Source of the DNA: an uncultured Collinsella sp.
GTDB lineage: Bacteria; Actinomycetota; Coriobacteriia; Coriobacteriales; Coriobacteriaceae
Direction of reading: 5' to 3'
DNA: 64,000 nucleotides
Assembly (NCBI GenBank): GCA_900549455.1
Contig: UROM01000001.1
Location: 15,758 to 79,757 of the forward strand
In this document: in pieces, positions 1 to 9,979 of the stretch
Numbering within the stretch: position 1 is the first letter of the stretch
How the letters are laid out: each line of letters begins with the position of its first letter
Made by a program: the position numbers and the translations under genes
The notes under the pieces: generated by a model
The model's input: the letters and a program-made list of their open reading frames with translations, nothing else
Told to the model about the DNA's origin: nothing
Database searches by the model: none

Positions 1-2
1 CC

Positions 3-1109
3 GATCTGGGCATTTGGCCCTATGCCAGCGAGGACGGCGTGCATTTTGATTGGTCCCGTCCCAACCAGGCGTACTGGGACCGTGCTGCTGCCATGTGCCG
101 CGCTGCCGTCGAGCACGGCATTCGTCCGGCACTCGTGCTTATGTGGTGCAACTACGTGCCCGGTACCTGGGGCGCCAAGATTGCTGAGCGTTGCGGTGCC
201 GAGGTTATGCCGCGCGAGGAGGTCCGTGCCCACGTTGCCCGCGTCGTCGAGAACCTGGGCGAGTTCGACCCCGTCTATGTGGTGACGGGCGATACCGACT
301 TTACCAGCGACGAGGCGATCGCCTATTACGAGGATGCCCTCGACGAAGTTGTCAAGCGCGCGCCCGAAGCGTTGCGCACCATGCATATCAACCGCGGCAA
401 CCGCACCATTCCGTTGCAGTACCTGGACCGCCTGGACTTCTACATGTTCCAGCCCGGCCACAACTACGAGGGCCAGCCCGAGGCCTGGCGCCTGCCGCAG
501 GACTTTATCGCCAACTATCCCAAAAAGCCGATGGTCAACTCCGAGCCCTGTTACGAGCAGATGGGCGCCTCGCGCAACGTGTACTGGCGGTTCACCGCGC
601 AGGACTGCCGCGCGAGCGTGTGGTCGTCGATCCTCGCCGGCGCCAGTGCAGGTGTGACCTATGGCGCGCACGGCGTTTGGAACTGGCAGACCAGCAAGAG
701 CCAGGGCTCGGTGCTGGGCGAGGGCTTCGATATGCCGTTCCGCTGGCAGGAGTGCCTGCAGTTTGCGGGCGTTTGGGACTTTGGCGCGATCGAGCATGTG
801 CTTGCCGGCCTGGGCGCTACGGCTGGCGATGACGCACTTGCCGTGGTTCCGGCGCAGGAGCTGCTCGATGACGCGCGCGAGGCCATTCGTGTGGCGCGCG
901 TTGGCGATCGCGTCGTCACGTACCTGCCGCGTACCACGGCGCTCAAGTTTAAGCTCGACGGTGCGCGCGACTGGACGGCGACGGTCCTCGACATGGAGGA
1001 CAAGCGCATCGCCAAGCTGCCCGTCCGCGACAACGGTGACGGCACCGTGCGCGTGGCCCAGCATCCCTTTGAGCACGACGCGCTGCTCGTGGTCTCGCCG
1101 GCGCGTTAA
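3..1109 (+). CDS. DUF4038/apiosidase-like (GH140-related) putative glycoside hydrolase, 5'-truncated by the window edge
   Basis: The frame is open from the window start. Motifs PNQAYWDR, GDTD, YMFQPGH, KPMVNSEPCYE and GVTYGAHGVWNW resemble DUF4038 proteins. Confidence 0.7.
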   Translation, partial: DLGIWPYASEDGVHFDWSRPNQAYWDRAAAMCRAAVEHGIRPALVLMWCNYVPGTWGAKIAERCGAEVMPREEVRAHVARVVENLGEFDPVYVVTGDTDFTSDEAIAYYEDALDEVVKRAPEALRTMHINRGNRTIPLQYLDRLDFYMFQPGHNYEGQPEAWRLPQDFIANYPKKPMVNSEPCYEQMGASRNVYWRFTAQDCRASVWSSILAGASAGVTYGAHGVWNWQTSKSQGSVLGEGFDMPFRWQECLQFAGVWDFGAIEHVLAGLGATAGDDALAVVPAQELLDDAREAIRVARVGDRVVTYLPRTTALKFKLDGARDWTATVLDMEDKRIAKLPVRDNGDGTVRVAQHPFEHDALLVVSPAR

Positions 1110-1132
1110 GGAAAACGGAATAACGCAAGAGA

Positions 1133-1160
1133 AAAGGCCCGGGTGGTAGTCCGGGCCTTT
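1133..1160. terminator. Bidirectional intrinsic terminator
   Basis: aaaggcccgg...ccgggccttt hairpin between convergent genes. Confidence 0.7.
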
Positions 1161-1212
1161 CTGTATCGACACAGCCGTTGCGGTTGGTAATGGCGATTGC
1201 ATACCGCCGCTC

Positions 1213-1854
1213 TTAACGGTAGCCCTCCCAGAGGGGAAGGGGAAAGAGGATGTCCTCGAACTTAGACCACTCGGCGGGATAGTCGATCTCGTCGGGTCGC
1301 GCCACCCAACGGCCTTCCAATCCGTACATCGCCGCCAGCGCGCACGAGATGGCTTCGGTGGCGTCGATTCCCTCGGGAACGCTCCAGTTAACATCGGGCT
1401 CGGGCTCGATAACTCCGCGCGAGCGGTCGTTGAAATACTCGTGCAGGGGGCTCTCCGTGCTCATGGCCTCGGTATTGAGCATCTGGAAGAGCATGACGAG
1501 CTCGGGCTGACTGTTGTTCTCCGCCACGAGCAGACGGCAGTATTCGGGAATCTTGGGGCTCTGGCCCTCAAATGCCCCGCCAGGATGAAAGAGGGAGAGA
1601 TAGTCGTCTAAGGTTGAGCTGCGATCGTAATAGCGACGGATCACCTCGACCAAAAGCCCGTGCTTGCTGCCCACGTAGTGCAGCACGCCCGCCTGGGTGA
1701 TGCCCACCTCGTCGGCTACCGCCTGGAGCGACATGCCGTTAAAGCCGCGCGCGTTGATAAGCCGCACGGCCGCCGAAACAATCTGGTCAAGGCGTTCCTG
1801 CGCCGCAGCGCTGCGTTTCTTTGCCGCGGGTGTGGGAGTTTTCTGAGTGTCCAT
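1213..1854 (-). CDS. TetR/AcrR family regulator
   Basis: N-terminal HTH: GFNGMSLQAVADEVGITQAGVLHYVGSK. Confidence 0.9.
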   Translation of the reverse strand: MDTQKTPTPAAKKRSAAAQERLDQIVSAAVRLINARGFNGMSLQAVADEVGITQAGVLHYVGSKHGLLVEVIRRYYDRSSTLDDYLSLFHPGGAFEGQSPKIPEYCRLLVAENNSQPELVMLFQMLNTEAMSTESPLHEYFNDRSRGVIEPEPDVNWSVPEGIDATEAISCALAAMYGLEGRWVARPDEIDYPAEWSKFEDILFPLPLWEGYR

Positions 1855-1974
1855 ATAAATCGCGCTGCCTTATTTAGGGCGGCTCGAGTATTGCCGCCAA
1901 ATGCCTTTTGTATACCCCCATAGCTTACCTCAGCCGTTCAGCGGTTCAAAACAACCGTTTACCGCTCTTATAGG

Positions 1975-2037
1975 TTACTAAGTACTTAGTAAGCGTACTA
2001 TACAGGTCGTGGAGTTACTTACTAGTTAGTAAGTAAC
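1975..2037. promoter_or_regulatory. Two palindromic operators, probably bound by the adjacent TetR
   Basis: Perfect palindrome ttactaagtacttagtaa (1975-1992) and gttacttacta-gt-tagtaagtaac (2014-2037) in the divergent TetR/MFS intergenic region. Confidence 0.7.
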
Positions 2038-2161
2038 AACTCAACAGACGCTCGCGAGCAGCCGTACCCCATTCCACGGCCGCCGCATCCAGCGGGTTTG
2101 ACCCCTTGACCCTTGGTGCACGAGCGCCCTCGCGCATTCCATCACAGAGAGGATCTATTCC

Positions 2162-3454
2162 ATGGCAAATCAAACCGCCGCGGCGATTGACGAGAACGCC
2201 ATCGCCCCCGATACCGGAAAGCCCATGACCAAAACCGAGACATGGCGCTTTATGATCGGCTTTATCATCTTCGGAATCATGTGGATGATGTCGGGAACAA
2301 TCGGCTCCAACGTCTTGTTCCCCGAGCGTTTTAACGGCCTTAATATTGGCCAGCCCGAGGCAATTCTCGCGGCGATGAACTCGGTCGGTTCGATCTTCGC
2401 CCTGTTCTCAAATCTCGTTTTCGGCGCGCTTTCCGACCACTGCCACAGCCGCTTTGGCAAGCGCACGCCGTTTATCGTTCTCGGCGGTTTTATCTGCGGC
2501 TGTGCTTTCTGGAGCACTTCGGTCGCGACCACACTTCCCATGATCGTCGCCTCCTGGTGCGTGCTGCAGATTGGCCTCAACTGCATGCTTGCCCCTGCTG
2601 TTGCCGTGCTTTCCGACCGCATCCCGCTTAACAAGCGCGGCACGCTCTCCGCATTCTATGGCGGCGGCGCAACGGCCGGCCAGTCGATTGGCACCATCAT
2701 CGGTACGCAGTTCCTCTCCAACCCAGTTCCTGGCTTTATCATCGGCACGGTCTCTTGGTTGCTGACCGGCATCCTCGCCGTCATCATTTGGCCGCGCGAG
2801 AAGTCTGCCGCTCTTGACGAGGGCGAGCAGTCTGAGAAGCTCAATCTCAAGTCGCTGCTGCTCATGTTCGTTCCGCCCACCAAGAACTGCCGCGACTTTT
2901 ATCTGGCGCTCTTTGGCCGTCTGCTCCTCATCTTCGGTTACTTCTGCATCAACGGCTATCAGCTCTATATCCTCGAGAAGTACATCGGTCTTCCCGTGGC
3001 AGAAGCCGGCGCAGTTCTTTCGAGTATGTCCGTCGTGATCATGGTCGTGTCGCTTGTCGCCTCGCTTACCTCGGGCGCCATCTCCGACAAGATCGGCCGC
3101 CGCAAGCCTATCATCCTCGTCGCAACGATTATGATGTGTATCGGTATCGCCCTGCCCTGGCTACTTAAGTCCGTTATCGGCATGTACGGATTTGCTCTGC
3201 TCGCCGGACTTGGCTACGGTATCTACTCTTCCGTGGACCAGGCGCTCAATGTCGATGTTCTGCCCGATAAGGAGAACGCCGGCAAGGACCTGGGCATCCT
3301 CAATATCGCCAACACCATCGGTCAGATCCTTGGTCCCATCGTGACCTCGGCAATCGTTGTCGCCACTGGCTCCTATTTCATGGCGTTCCCAATCTCCATC
3401 GTGCTCATCGCCGTGGGCTATGTGTCCATCATGCTCATCAAGAGCGCCAAGTAA
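2162..3454 (+). CDS. MFS transporter (sugar/glycoside)
   Basis: About 12 hydrophobic segments; motif A-like GALSDHCHSRFGKR and GAISDKIGRRK. Confidence 0.9.
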   Translation: MANQTAAAIDENAIAPDTGKPMTKTETWRFMIGFIIFGIMWMMSGTIGSNVLFPERFNGLNIGQPEAILAAMNSVGSIFALFSNLVFGALSDHCHSRFGKRTPFIVLGGFICGCAFWSTSVATTLPMIVASWCVLQIGLNCMLAPAVAVLSDRIPLNKRGTLSAFYGGGATAGQSIGTIIGTQFLSNPVPGFIIGTVSWLLTGILAVIIWPREKSAALDEGEQSEKLNLKSLLLMFVPPTKNCRDFYLALFGRLLLIFGYFCINGYQLYILEKYIGLPVAEAGAVLSSMSVVIMVVSLVASLTSGAISDKIGRRKPIILVATIMMCIGIALPWLLKSVIGMYGFALLAGLGYGIYSSVDQALNVDVLPDKENAGKDLGILNIANTIGQILGPIVTSAIVVATGSYFMAFPISIVLIAVGYVSIMLIKSAK

Positions 3455-3541
3455 TTTGCCACTCTCTTTCATTCCGTCGGGCTGCGTTCGTGTTGCCCGA
3501 CGGACTCCGACTATTCAATCGCTTAACTTGGAGGCGTTATC

Positions 3542-5074
3542 ATGACTATCGTCGAGCAGTACAAGGTGTTTAAGCTCGAGCTCGCGGGCACTGCGGCCGG
3601 CAATCCCTATGTCGAAGTCGAGCTGTCGGCGCGATTTGACCGCGCGGATGGCCAGGACAGCTTTGAGGTCCATGGCTTCTACAAGGGCAATGGCTGCTAC
3701 GGAATCAACTTTATGCCCGAGAGTGCCGGTGTCTGGAACTACACGGTGAGCTCCAATGACCCCGAGCTCGATGGTGCCGCCGGCTCTTTTGAGGCCGTGC
3801 CCGCCACGGGCGCCAATCATGGTCGCGTGCTGCTGGCAAAGGATGTGCTCGCCCACGGAGCTCCGTTCATTACTGACGAGGATTTCAACTTTGCCTACGA
3901 GGATGGAACGCGCTACCTGCCCTTTGGCACCACATGCTATGCCTGGACCAACCAGGATGTTCAGCTGCAGGAGCAGACGCTCGAGACGCTCGCAGAGGCA
4001 CCTTTTAACAAGATCCGCATGTGCGTCTTCCCCAAGTTCTACGACTATAACGTTGAGGACCCAGCGATGTATGCCTATGAAGGCGAGAAGGGCGATTTCG
4101 ACCATTTTCGCTTCTATGAGCCGTTTTGGGAAAACCTCGAGCACCGCATCGAGCAGCTTGATGAGCTGGGCATCCAGGCGGATCTCATCGTTTTGCATCC
4201 GTATGACAAGCCTGAGGACTGGGGCTTCTCTCGTATGACGCGCGAGGAGGATATTTTCTACCTGACGTATGTCGCTCGTCGCTTCTCGGCATACAAGAAC
4301 ATTTGGTGGAGCCTTGCCAATGAGTGGGACCTTATGCCGTGGAAGCCGGCCGAGGACTGGGACCGCTATGCCCGTATCATCATGGCGAACGACCCGTATG
4401 GTCATCTGCGCAGTATCCACAATTGCCGTGAGATCTTTGACCACAGTCATCCGTGGATTACGCACGTGAGCTACCAGAGGTGCGACCTCAAGAACACAGC
4501 CGAGGACGTCACCATGCTGCGCGCGCAGTATAGCAAGCCGGTTTTGATCGACGAGGTCGGCTATGAGGGCAACATCAACTGGGGCTGGGGTAACCTGACC
4601 GCTCAGGAACTCGTACGTCGTTTTTGGGAGGGCAGTTTGCGTGGCGGTTATGTGACCCACGGTGAGACCTACGTCGACCGCGGACCCAAGCTGTGGTGGG
4701 CGCACGGCGGCAAGCTCTACGGCGATTCGCCCGATCGCATTGGCTTTTGCCGTCGCTACATGGAGGCGCTGCCGGCCGATTTTGACTGGGTGCCCGATGA
4801 GGTCGGCATCCTTGACGGTACGTTTACCTGGGATGTCACCTGTATGTCCAACGATCATGGCCACGGGACTGCCGATGTCCTTATGTACTTTGGGTTCAAC
4901 CGTCCGGCGTATCGTGAGTTTGAGGGCGAGGCGGGCGCTCGTTACAAGGTGAATGTCGTGGACACATGGGACATGACGGAGGAAGAGCTTCCCGGAACCT
5001 TTGAGGGCAAGTTCCGCATCGACCTCCCTAGTAAGCAGTATATGTTGCTTCGTCTGACTAAAGTAGAGGCGTAA
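3542..5074 (+). CDS. DUF5060/DUF4038/DUF5605-type putative glycoside hydrolase
   Basis: GTTCYAW, PFNKIRMCVFPK, WWSLANEWD, DEVGYEG, YVTHGETY; RBS ggagg. Confidence 0.75.
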   Translation: MTIVEQYKVFKLELAGTAAGNPYVEVELSARFDRADGQDSFEVHGFYKGNGCYGINFMPESAGVWNYTVSSNDPELDGAAGSFEAVPATGANHGRVLLAKDVLAHGAPFITDEDFNFAYEDGTRYLPFGTTCYAWTNQDVQLQEQTLETLAEAPFNKIRMCVFPKFYDYNVEDPAMYAYEGEKGDFDHFRFYEPFWENLEHRIEQLDELGIQADLIVLHPYDKPEDWGFSRMTREEDIFYLTYVARRFSAYKNIWWSLANEWDLMPWKPAEDWDRYARIIMANDPYGHLRSIHNCREIFDHSHPWITHVSYQRCDLKNTAEDVTMLRAQYSKPVLIDEVGYEGNINWGWGNLTAQELVRRFWEGSLRGGYVTHGETYVDRGPKLWWAHGGKLYGDSPDRIGFCRRYMEALPADFDWVPDEVGILDGTFTWDVTCMSNDHGHGTADVLMYFGFNRPAYREFEGEAGARYKVNVVDTWDMTEEELPGTFEGKFRIDLPSKQYMLLRLTKVEA

Positions 5075-5185
5075 TAATAGAGATAATCGGCTCCGGGCGC
5101 GATTTGCTGCACGACCATCATAAGGGCAGCCCCTGTGGTGGTCGCGGCGATGCGCGTTCGGGGCTATGGCACGTGAGGGGCGAAT

Positions 5186-6097
5186 ATGCAGGAGTTCTTT
5201 GGAATCGATGTGGGCGGTACGGCCGTTAAATGGGCTGTGCTGGGCGAGGATTTTTCCATCCGCGAGCGCGGGAGCCTGCCGACGGGCTTTACCACGGCTG
5301 AGGAGACCGTTTCGGCGTTGATCGGGCTCGTCGAGCCGTACCGCGAGCGCGTGAACGCCGTAGGCGTGAGCGCACCCGGCGGTATTTACGAGGGAGATGT
5401 CACGGGAACGATCCATCGTGGCGGTGCGCTCACGTTTATGGACGGCTGCCCACTGGGAAAGCTCATGCGCGAGGCGCTGGGGGTGCCGGTTGCCGTCAAT
5501 AACGACGGTAAGTGCTGTGCACTCGGTGAGTATGCGGCTGGCGCCCTGCGCGGGACGCGTTTTGGCGTGGTACTCGCTATTGGCACGGGCATCGGCGGCG
5601 GTATCGTCATCGACGGCAAGGTCCTGCGCGGCGCGCACTGCTTTGCAGGCGAGTTCAGCTTCTTGCGCAACGATGTCACGACTGCCGCGAGCATGGAAAA
5701 CTCCTTTGCGGGCTCGGGCGGTTGGCGCGCGCTCCGCGATGCCGCCGTTGCCGAGAAGGGCCTGCCTGCGGATTCTCCGGTGGACGGCCGCCGCGTCTTT
5801 GAGTGGATCGCGGATGGCGACATAGCGGCGCAGCGCGCGCTCGACCGCTACGCTCGCGCATTTGACGGACAGCTCATCAACCTGCAGGCCGTGCTCGACC
5901 CCGAGGTCTTTGTGATCGCAGGCGGCATCTCGTGCCATCCCGAGCTCGTCGATGCCCTGCGTGCGCAGATGCCGCTGGCCCTCGCGAGTTACGAAGGGAC
6001 CCTTGCTGGCATTCCTGTGCCGCAGATAAAGGTGGCCGAGCTCGGCAACGACGCCAACCTTTACGGTACTGTCCAGGAGGCCATGCGCCTGGTGTAG
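5186..6097 (+). CDS. ROK family sugar kinase (beta-glucoside kinase-like)
   Basis: GIDVGGT, NDGKCCALGE, IGTGIGGG, AGEFS, LGNDANLYG. Confidence 0.88.
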   Translation: MQEFFGIDVGGTAVKWAVLGEDFSIRERGSLPTGFTTAEETVSALIGLVEPYRERVNAVGVSAPGGIYEGDVTGTIHRGGALTFMDGCPLGKLMREALGVPVAVNNDGKCCALGEYAAGALRGTRFGVVLAIGTGIGGGIVIDGKVLRGAHCFAGEFSFLRNDVTTAASMENSFAGSGGWRALRDAAVAEKGLPADSPVDGRRVFEWIADGDIAAQRALDRYARAFDGQLINLQAVLDPEVFVIAGGISCHPELVDALRAQMPLALASYEGTLAGIPVPQIKVAELGNDANLYGTVQEAMRLV

Positions 6098-6404
6098 CGC
6101 GAGCCAAACAAGGCTGTCGAAAAAGATAAAGGCCGGCGTGAACCGCCCCTATTTCCTTAGCACGGGAAATGGGGGTGGTTTTACTCATTGGGGACGTACT
6201 TAAATGAGCGCAGTTGAAAACACTCCTTGCCGAGCTAGAGGTCGCGCGTGCCCCTTCTGGGCCATGCGGCTCAAAATCTCGGCGTGATGTGGACGACTGG
6301 GGTCGAATTAGCAGCATTTCGAGCTTGGTTTTGATATTGAGATTGATTCTTTATTAAAATAGATTCCAGACCAATTAAGCGGCCGGGGGTTAACCGTGAG
6401 GGGC

Positions 6405-7940
6405 ATGGGAGACACAACCGCATATCTGCGTCGGGGCATTCGGGAGATTATATGCCTGGCGCTGTTCTTCTTCACGTTTTTGGCGTGCGAGTATCTTTTT
6501 GATGTGCGCATAGCCGAGTTCGTGCCATCGAGTGAGGTCGTCATCTACGAGAGCATCGTTGTCGGCGCGAGCGTGATTGGCTTTTTCGTGCGCCCATTTC
6601 TGTACTAGCGCCGTCCCCAGACGATCGATGCGACGAGCGATATTACAGGCGTGCTTTTGGTATCGGCGTTGCTGCTGATGATTATGGCAGTGCGGTTTGA
6701 GGTGGTAATTGCCGGCGGCCTGGTGGCGTGCTGCGCCCTGGGCTACTGCGGATCGACTGCCCACGCAAACTTTGCGCGACGCTTTGCGCGGACGCCCTGC
6801 TTGGCGCGCGCCGCAGCACTTTCCTATGCCATGGGCGTTCTGGTACAGGTGTTCAACCACATGGCGATGCCTGTTGGTATTCCTCAGCAGGCTGCTCTGG
6901 TCATCTGTGCGATCGCGCAGGTAGCGTTGCTCCACGGTGCCCGACGCGCCAAGCTGCGCGACGAGTCCGATCCCAACTTCGAACCCAGTGCTGCCGGGCT
7001 TTCGGTAGATGCTCTGGAATATGGCGCCAAATGGCATGACGATCCCGAGGCAAAGGCGGCATTTCGCCGCACCGTAGTTCGCCTGACCGTGGCGACAGCG
7101 TATCTTTCCGGCGTATTCGCCGCTCTCAACGCGGGCCTCACAACCCTGTATGCTACCGGAGCCGTTGATTTGGGTGACTGGCCGCGCCTGCTGCTTGTCG
7201 TGAGCTCGTTGGCCGCCGGCGCACTATTTGACCTGCACGACCGCTCGTATATGAATATCGGCATGACATGTGTCGCTATGCTGTCCACGCTTTCGTTCTT
7301 TGTGCTCATCATCGATGGCAATGGCGGCAACGAGCTTGCTGCCACGATCATCTTTTATCTGGGCTCGGGCTTCTTTGTGGTGTTCTTTACCACAAAATTC
7401 GCCGCCATCTCACTCTATGCGCGCTGGTCATATTTTTGGCCGTGCATGGGTCGCGTCGTCAACAACGTGTGCTCGATGCTCGTGACGGCGCCGGCGGTGG
7501 CGATCATCTCGAGTCAAAACGTGCTGGTGGCAGTCGGCGCGGCGCTCGTGATGTTTGTGGGTATTGCGATTACGCTGCTGGGGCAGTTGGGGCAACGGGC
7601 CGATGATGTCGTGATGCAGGACGGCCTGCCGCTTGCCACTGATGATCTTGGTGGGGATCTTGCGCCCACATGCTCCGACTCCGAGCCCGTGGAGGCAGCG
7701 GAGCTCACGTCCGATGAACGACTCGATGCCTTCGTCGCCACCTTTGAGCTTACAGAGCGCGAGCGCGATATTCTTGAGGCCTTGGTCGTTTCGGACCAGA
7801 GCGTTCAGGACATCGCCGCAACGCTTTTCCTTTCGCGCTCCACGCTCTACCGTCACATTTCCTCGATCAACAAAAAGACCGGCACCGCCTCGCGCGTGGC
7901 CCTTATCAACTTCTTCTGGTCCTGGACACCAAATGACTAA
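6405..7940 (+). pseudogene. Multi-TM LuxR-family regulator interrupted by an in-frame TAG at 6606-6608
   Basis: ORFs 6396-6608 and 6651-7940 share a frame and are split by one TAG. Both parts are hydrophobic. C-terminal HTH: LTERERDIL...IAATLFLSRSTLYRHISSI. Confidence 0.7.
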
Positions 7941-8059
7941 CGTGTGAGACGCCGACCAGTCCCTTACTCTAACGGGGGTGTGGCCTCAAAGCGCGCCCGC
8001 ATCGACGCTTCGCCTGCGCTAAACTGGAAGGCACGTACGCGATTACGAGAGGAGCCCGC

Positions 8060-8743
8060 ATGGAGGCTTACAAGCAAGAGTTCATCAAGTTCATGGTCGA
8101 GTCCGACGTTCTTAAGTTCGGCAGCTTTACGCTCAAGAGCGGCCGTCAGTCCCCGTTCTTTATGAACGCCGGCGCTTACGTGACGGGCTATCAGCTCAAG
8201 AAGCTGGGCGAGTATTACGCCCAGGCCATCCACGATAACTTTGGCGACGACTTTGATGTGCTGTTTGGACCGGCCTACAAGGGTATTCCGCTGGCCGTCG
8301 TGACCGCAATTGCCTACCACGAGCTGTACGGCAAGGAGGTCAAGTACTGCTGCGACCGCAAGGAGGCCAAGGACCACGGTGCCGACAAGGGCAACCTGCT
8401 GGGCTATGAGCCTCAGGACGGCGACCGCGTGGTCATGGTCGAGGACGTCACCACCAGCGGTAAGTCCATCGACGAGACCTATCCCAAGGTCAAGGCTGCT
8501 GCCGATGTCGAGATCAAGGGCCTCATCGTGTCTCTCAACCGCATGGAGGTCGGCAAGGGCGGCGTGACCACCGCGCAGAAGGAGATCGAGGCCAAGTACG
8601 GCTTCCCCGTCGCGAGCATCGTTTCCATGGCCGAGGTCGTCGAGACTCTCTACAACCACGAGATCGACGGCAAGGTCGTCATCGACGACGAGCTCAAGGC
8701 CGCCATCGACGCTTACTACGAGCAGTACGGAGCTCAGGAGTAG
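8060..8743 (+). CDS. pyrE: Orotate phosphoribosyltransferase
   Basis: FGSFTLKSGRQSPFF, FGPAYKGIPL, RKEAKDHG, VEDVTTSG. Confidence 0.95.
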   Translation: MEAYKQEFIKFMVESDVLKFGSFTLKSGRQSPFFMNAGAYVTGYQLKKLGEYYAQAIHDNFGDDFDVLFGPAYKGIPLAVVTAIAYHELYGKEVKYCCDRKEAKDHGADKGNLLGYEPQDGDRVVMVEDVTTSGKSIDETYPKVKAAADVEIKGLIVSLNRMEVGKGGVTTAQKEIEAKYGFPVASIVSMAEVVETLYNHEIDGKVVIDDELKAAIDAYYEQYGAQE

Positions 8744-8920
8744 TTACGGCGTTTTACCAAACGCCGTAACCGACCGACGCTGCGCGCCGCCCAGGGCGAA
8801 CAATTTGTCATTCAAAAGGCGAGGCGTGACCAGAAGGCCAATGCCTCGCCTTTTTCATGCCAACTTGTTCGCCCTGGGCGGCGCTCGCTGTCCGTCCTCT
8901 ACTTGCGGCGTTGTCTTGCT
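8743..8920 (+). repeat. Repeat family A, copy 1 (nested hairpin)
   Basis: Homologous to 16757-16925 and 43226-43442; central gaccagaagg loop. Confidence 0.85.
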
Positions 8921-8929
8921 CCGGATGGG

Positions 8930-8958
8930 TAGTCATTGGGGACGTTCTTAAATGACTA
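8930..8958 (+). repeat. GGGAC-loop hairpin
   Basis: tagtcatt-ggggacgttctta-aatgacta; identical to 43451-43479 and similar to 6184-6208. Confidence 0.85.
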
Positions 8959-9064
8959 GTCGTGAATGAGCGTGGATAATCTCCCGTTTTTGGCTCGGTG
9001 ACGGCCTCAAAGTGGGAGATTATCCACGCTCGTTAGATAAGCGTCCGAAAATCCACGCTCGTCG

Positions 9065-9919
9065 CTACTTGAGCCCCGGGAGGCGGGTGTAGGGGAACGA
9101 GCGCTCCAGGAATTCGGAGCAGTGGGCGTAGTCTTTGGCGAAGTAGCTGCTGTAGAGCGAATCGAGCACGTATTGCACGGCGATATGGCTGGCGAACTGC
9201 GTGATGCGATGCGTCATGCTCTCGTGGTCACTCACCGTAAGGTAGGCGGCAAAGCCAGGGTGAATGCGCGCGCAATAAGGCGTGCCGATGACGATGACCG
9301 GGACATGCCGGCTGCTGAGGATCGGCAAGATGTCCTTGAGGTTGGGGGCAAGGCCGCTGTAGGAGATGACGATTGCCGCATGGTCGGGACCCGAGGCGAG
9401 TGCCGTTCGCACCTGGGCCTCGACACCGTCGTGGCACGTCGCGCTTTTACCGGCGGAGAGCAGGCGGTCGCGGAACATTCCCGCTGGATAGAGGTTGTGC
9501 GAGCCCGTGTAGATGTCGACCTGTCGGGCGTTCGCGATGAGCTTGGCGGCGTGGTCAAGCTGCGTGGGGTCGAGCAGCTCCTGCGTTTCGGCCAGCGTGG
9601 TCTGGTAGAGCCCCTCCATGCGCTCCATAACCTGCGCGGGGCTGGACGTAGCATCAAAGGGAAAGTTGATGTCCACGTTGCGCCGATTGCCCGCCTCGGT
9701 TGCCAAGCGAATAAGCTCGACCTTGAGGTCTTTGAATCCCTCGAGGCCGAGCTTTTTGCAAAAACGGTGCACACTCGCGACCGAAACGTTGGTGCGTGCG
9801 GCAAATTCCTTAATAGAAAGCCCGCGGATGTCCTCGCCGATGGCAAGGGCTGCAATGCCGAGCTGTTGCTCGGTAGGGGTAAGGCCCTGTGCCTCGGAAA
9901 TCTTGCGTTTGATATCCAT
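9065..9919 (-). CDS. MurR/RpiR family regulator
   Basis: HTH SIKEFAARTNVSVASVHRFCKKLGLEGFKDLK plus SIS domain (ISYSG). Start set at MDIKRK, after RBS gggag. Confidence 0.9.
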   Translation of the reverse strand: MDIKRKISEAQGLTPTEQQLGIAALAIGEDIRGLSIKEFAARTNVSVASVHRFCKKLGLEGFKDLKVELIRLATEAGNRRNVDINFPFDATSSPAQVMERMEGLYQTTLAETQELLDPTQLDHAAKLIANARQVDIYTGSHNLYPAGMFRDRLLSAGKSATCHDGVEAQVRTALASGPDHAAIVISYSGLAPNLKDILPILSSRHVPVIVIGTPYCARIHPGFAAYLTVSDHESMTHRITQFASHIAVQYVLDSLYSSYFAKDYAHCSEFLERSFPYTRLPGLK

Positions 9920-9937
9920 GCGAACTCCCACACTCAA

Positions 9938-9979
9938 CAAACCTGCCAAAAAGGGACAGGTTTATTTTGGCAGGTTTTG
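9938..9979 (+). repeat. GGGAC-loop hairpin overlapping the glycoside hydrolase stop codon
   Basis: aaacctgccaaaa-agggacaggttta-ttttggcaggttt; degenerate inverted copy at 13652-13690. Confidence 0.8.

Noticed and set aside
6606..6608. Pyrrolysine recoding of the LuxR TAG
   Set aside because: No pyl genes in the window, and TAG serves as a normal stop in many genes here.
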